A DNA stretch of 62,820 nucleotides, counting the filler, from Pirum gemmata (lineage: Eukaryota): NCBI GenBank assembly GCA_002812295.1. It is 28 parts of 28 records of this genome, joined end to end, with 100 filler letters (N's around TTAATTAATTAA, not from the genome) between each part and the next. Parts side by side here need not be neighbours in the genome. Positions count along the whole stretch, not along the records: positions 60,758 to 62,820 come from PDIN01008687.1; 27 more parts are not named here. One strand, given 5' to 3'. Of the stretch, positions 62,715 to 62,820 are shown one piece after another. The notes below the pieces were generated by a model that worked only from the letters and a program-made list of their open reading frames with translations, ran no database searches and was not told where the DNA came from. The first letter of the stretch is position 1. Each line of letters starts with the position of its first letter. The translations under genes were made by a program, and so were the position numbers.

Positions 62715-62820
62715 TTGTTGTTGTTGTTGTTATATTTTTAGATATTGACTGGTTAGAAGCTTATAAAACAATGCAAAATGACAGTAGATACAATAAATGC
62801 TTAGTAACTCTACTACTGTG

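Overview
This window is not one locus. It is 28 short (mostly ~2.1 kb) eukaryotic contigs/scaffolds joined by an artificial 100-bp linker (N44-TTAATTAATTAA-N44), so nothing should be linked across a linker. The genome is very AT-rich, intron-rich (GT-AG), saturated with microsatellites, and carries TTAGGG-type repeats interstitially, often inside introns. Gene content suggests an aerobic opisthokont, such as a unicellular holozoan or early-branching fungus (inference). Gene pieces spliced by hand: fungal-type fatty acid synthase (KR-KS), RPL18A/eL20, NDUFB7, a DLK/ZAK-like kinase with a 16-nt micro-exon, a bacterial-type GalE exon, a SET protein, an ALY/LIN9-like SANT protein, a secreted beta-trefoil lectin, a secreted ShK-domain protein, a bacterial-like four-helix-bundle sensor membrane protein, an RGS pseudogene, and a globin last exon ending in a CaaX box with an in-frame TGA. 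At least five small TIR/MITE families recur. Two patterns recur across unrelated contigs: telomere-repeat arrays in introns that mimic splice signals, and serial decaying tandem 'echo' copies of gene or exon 3' ends, including a duplicated 42-nt exon whose acceptor comes from the telomeric repeat. Most ORFs in the supplied track are microsatellite artefacts.
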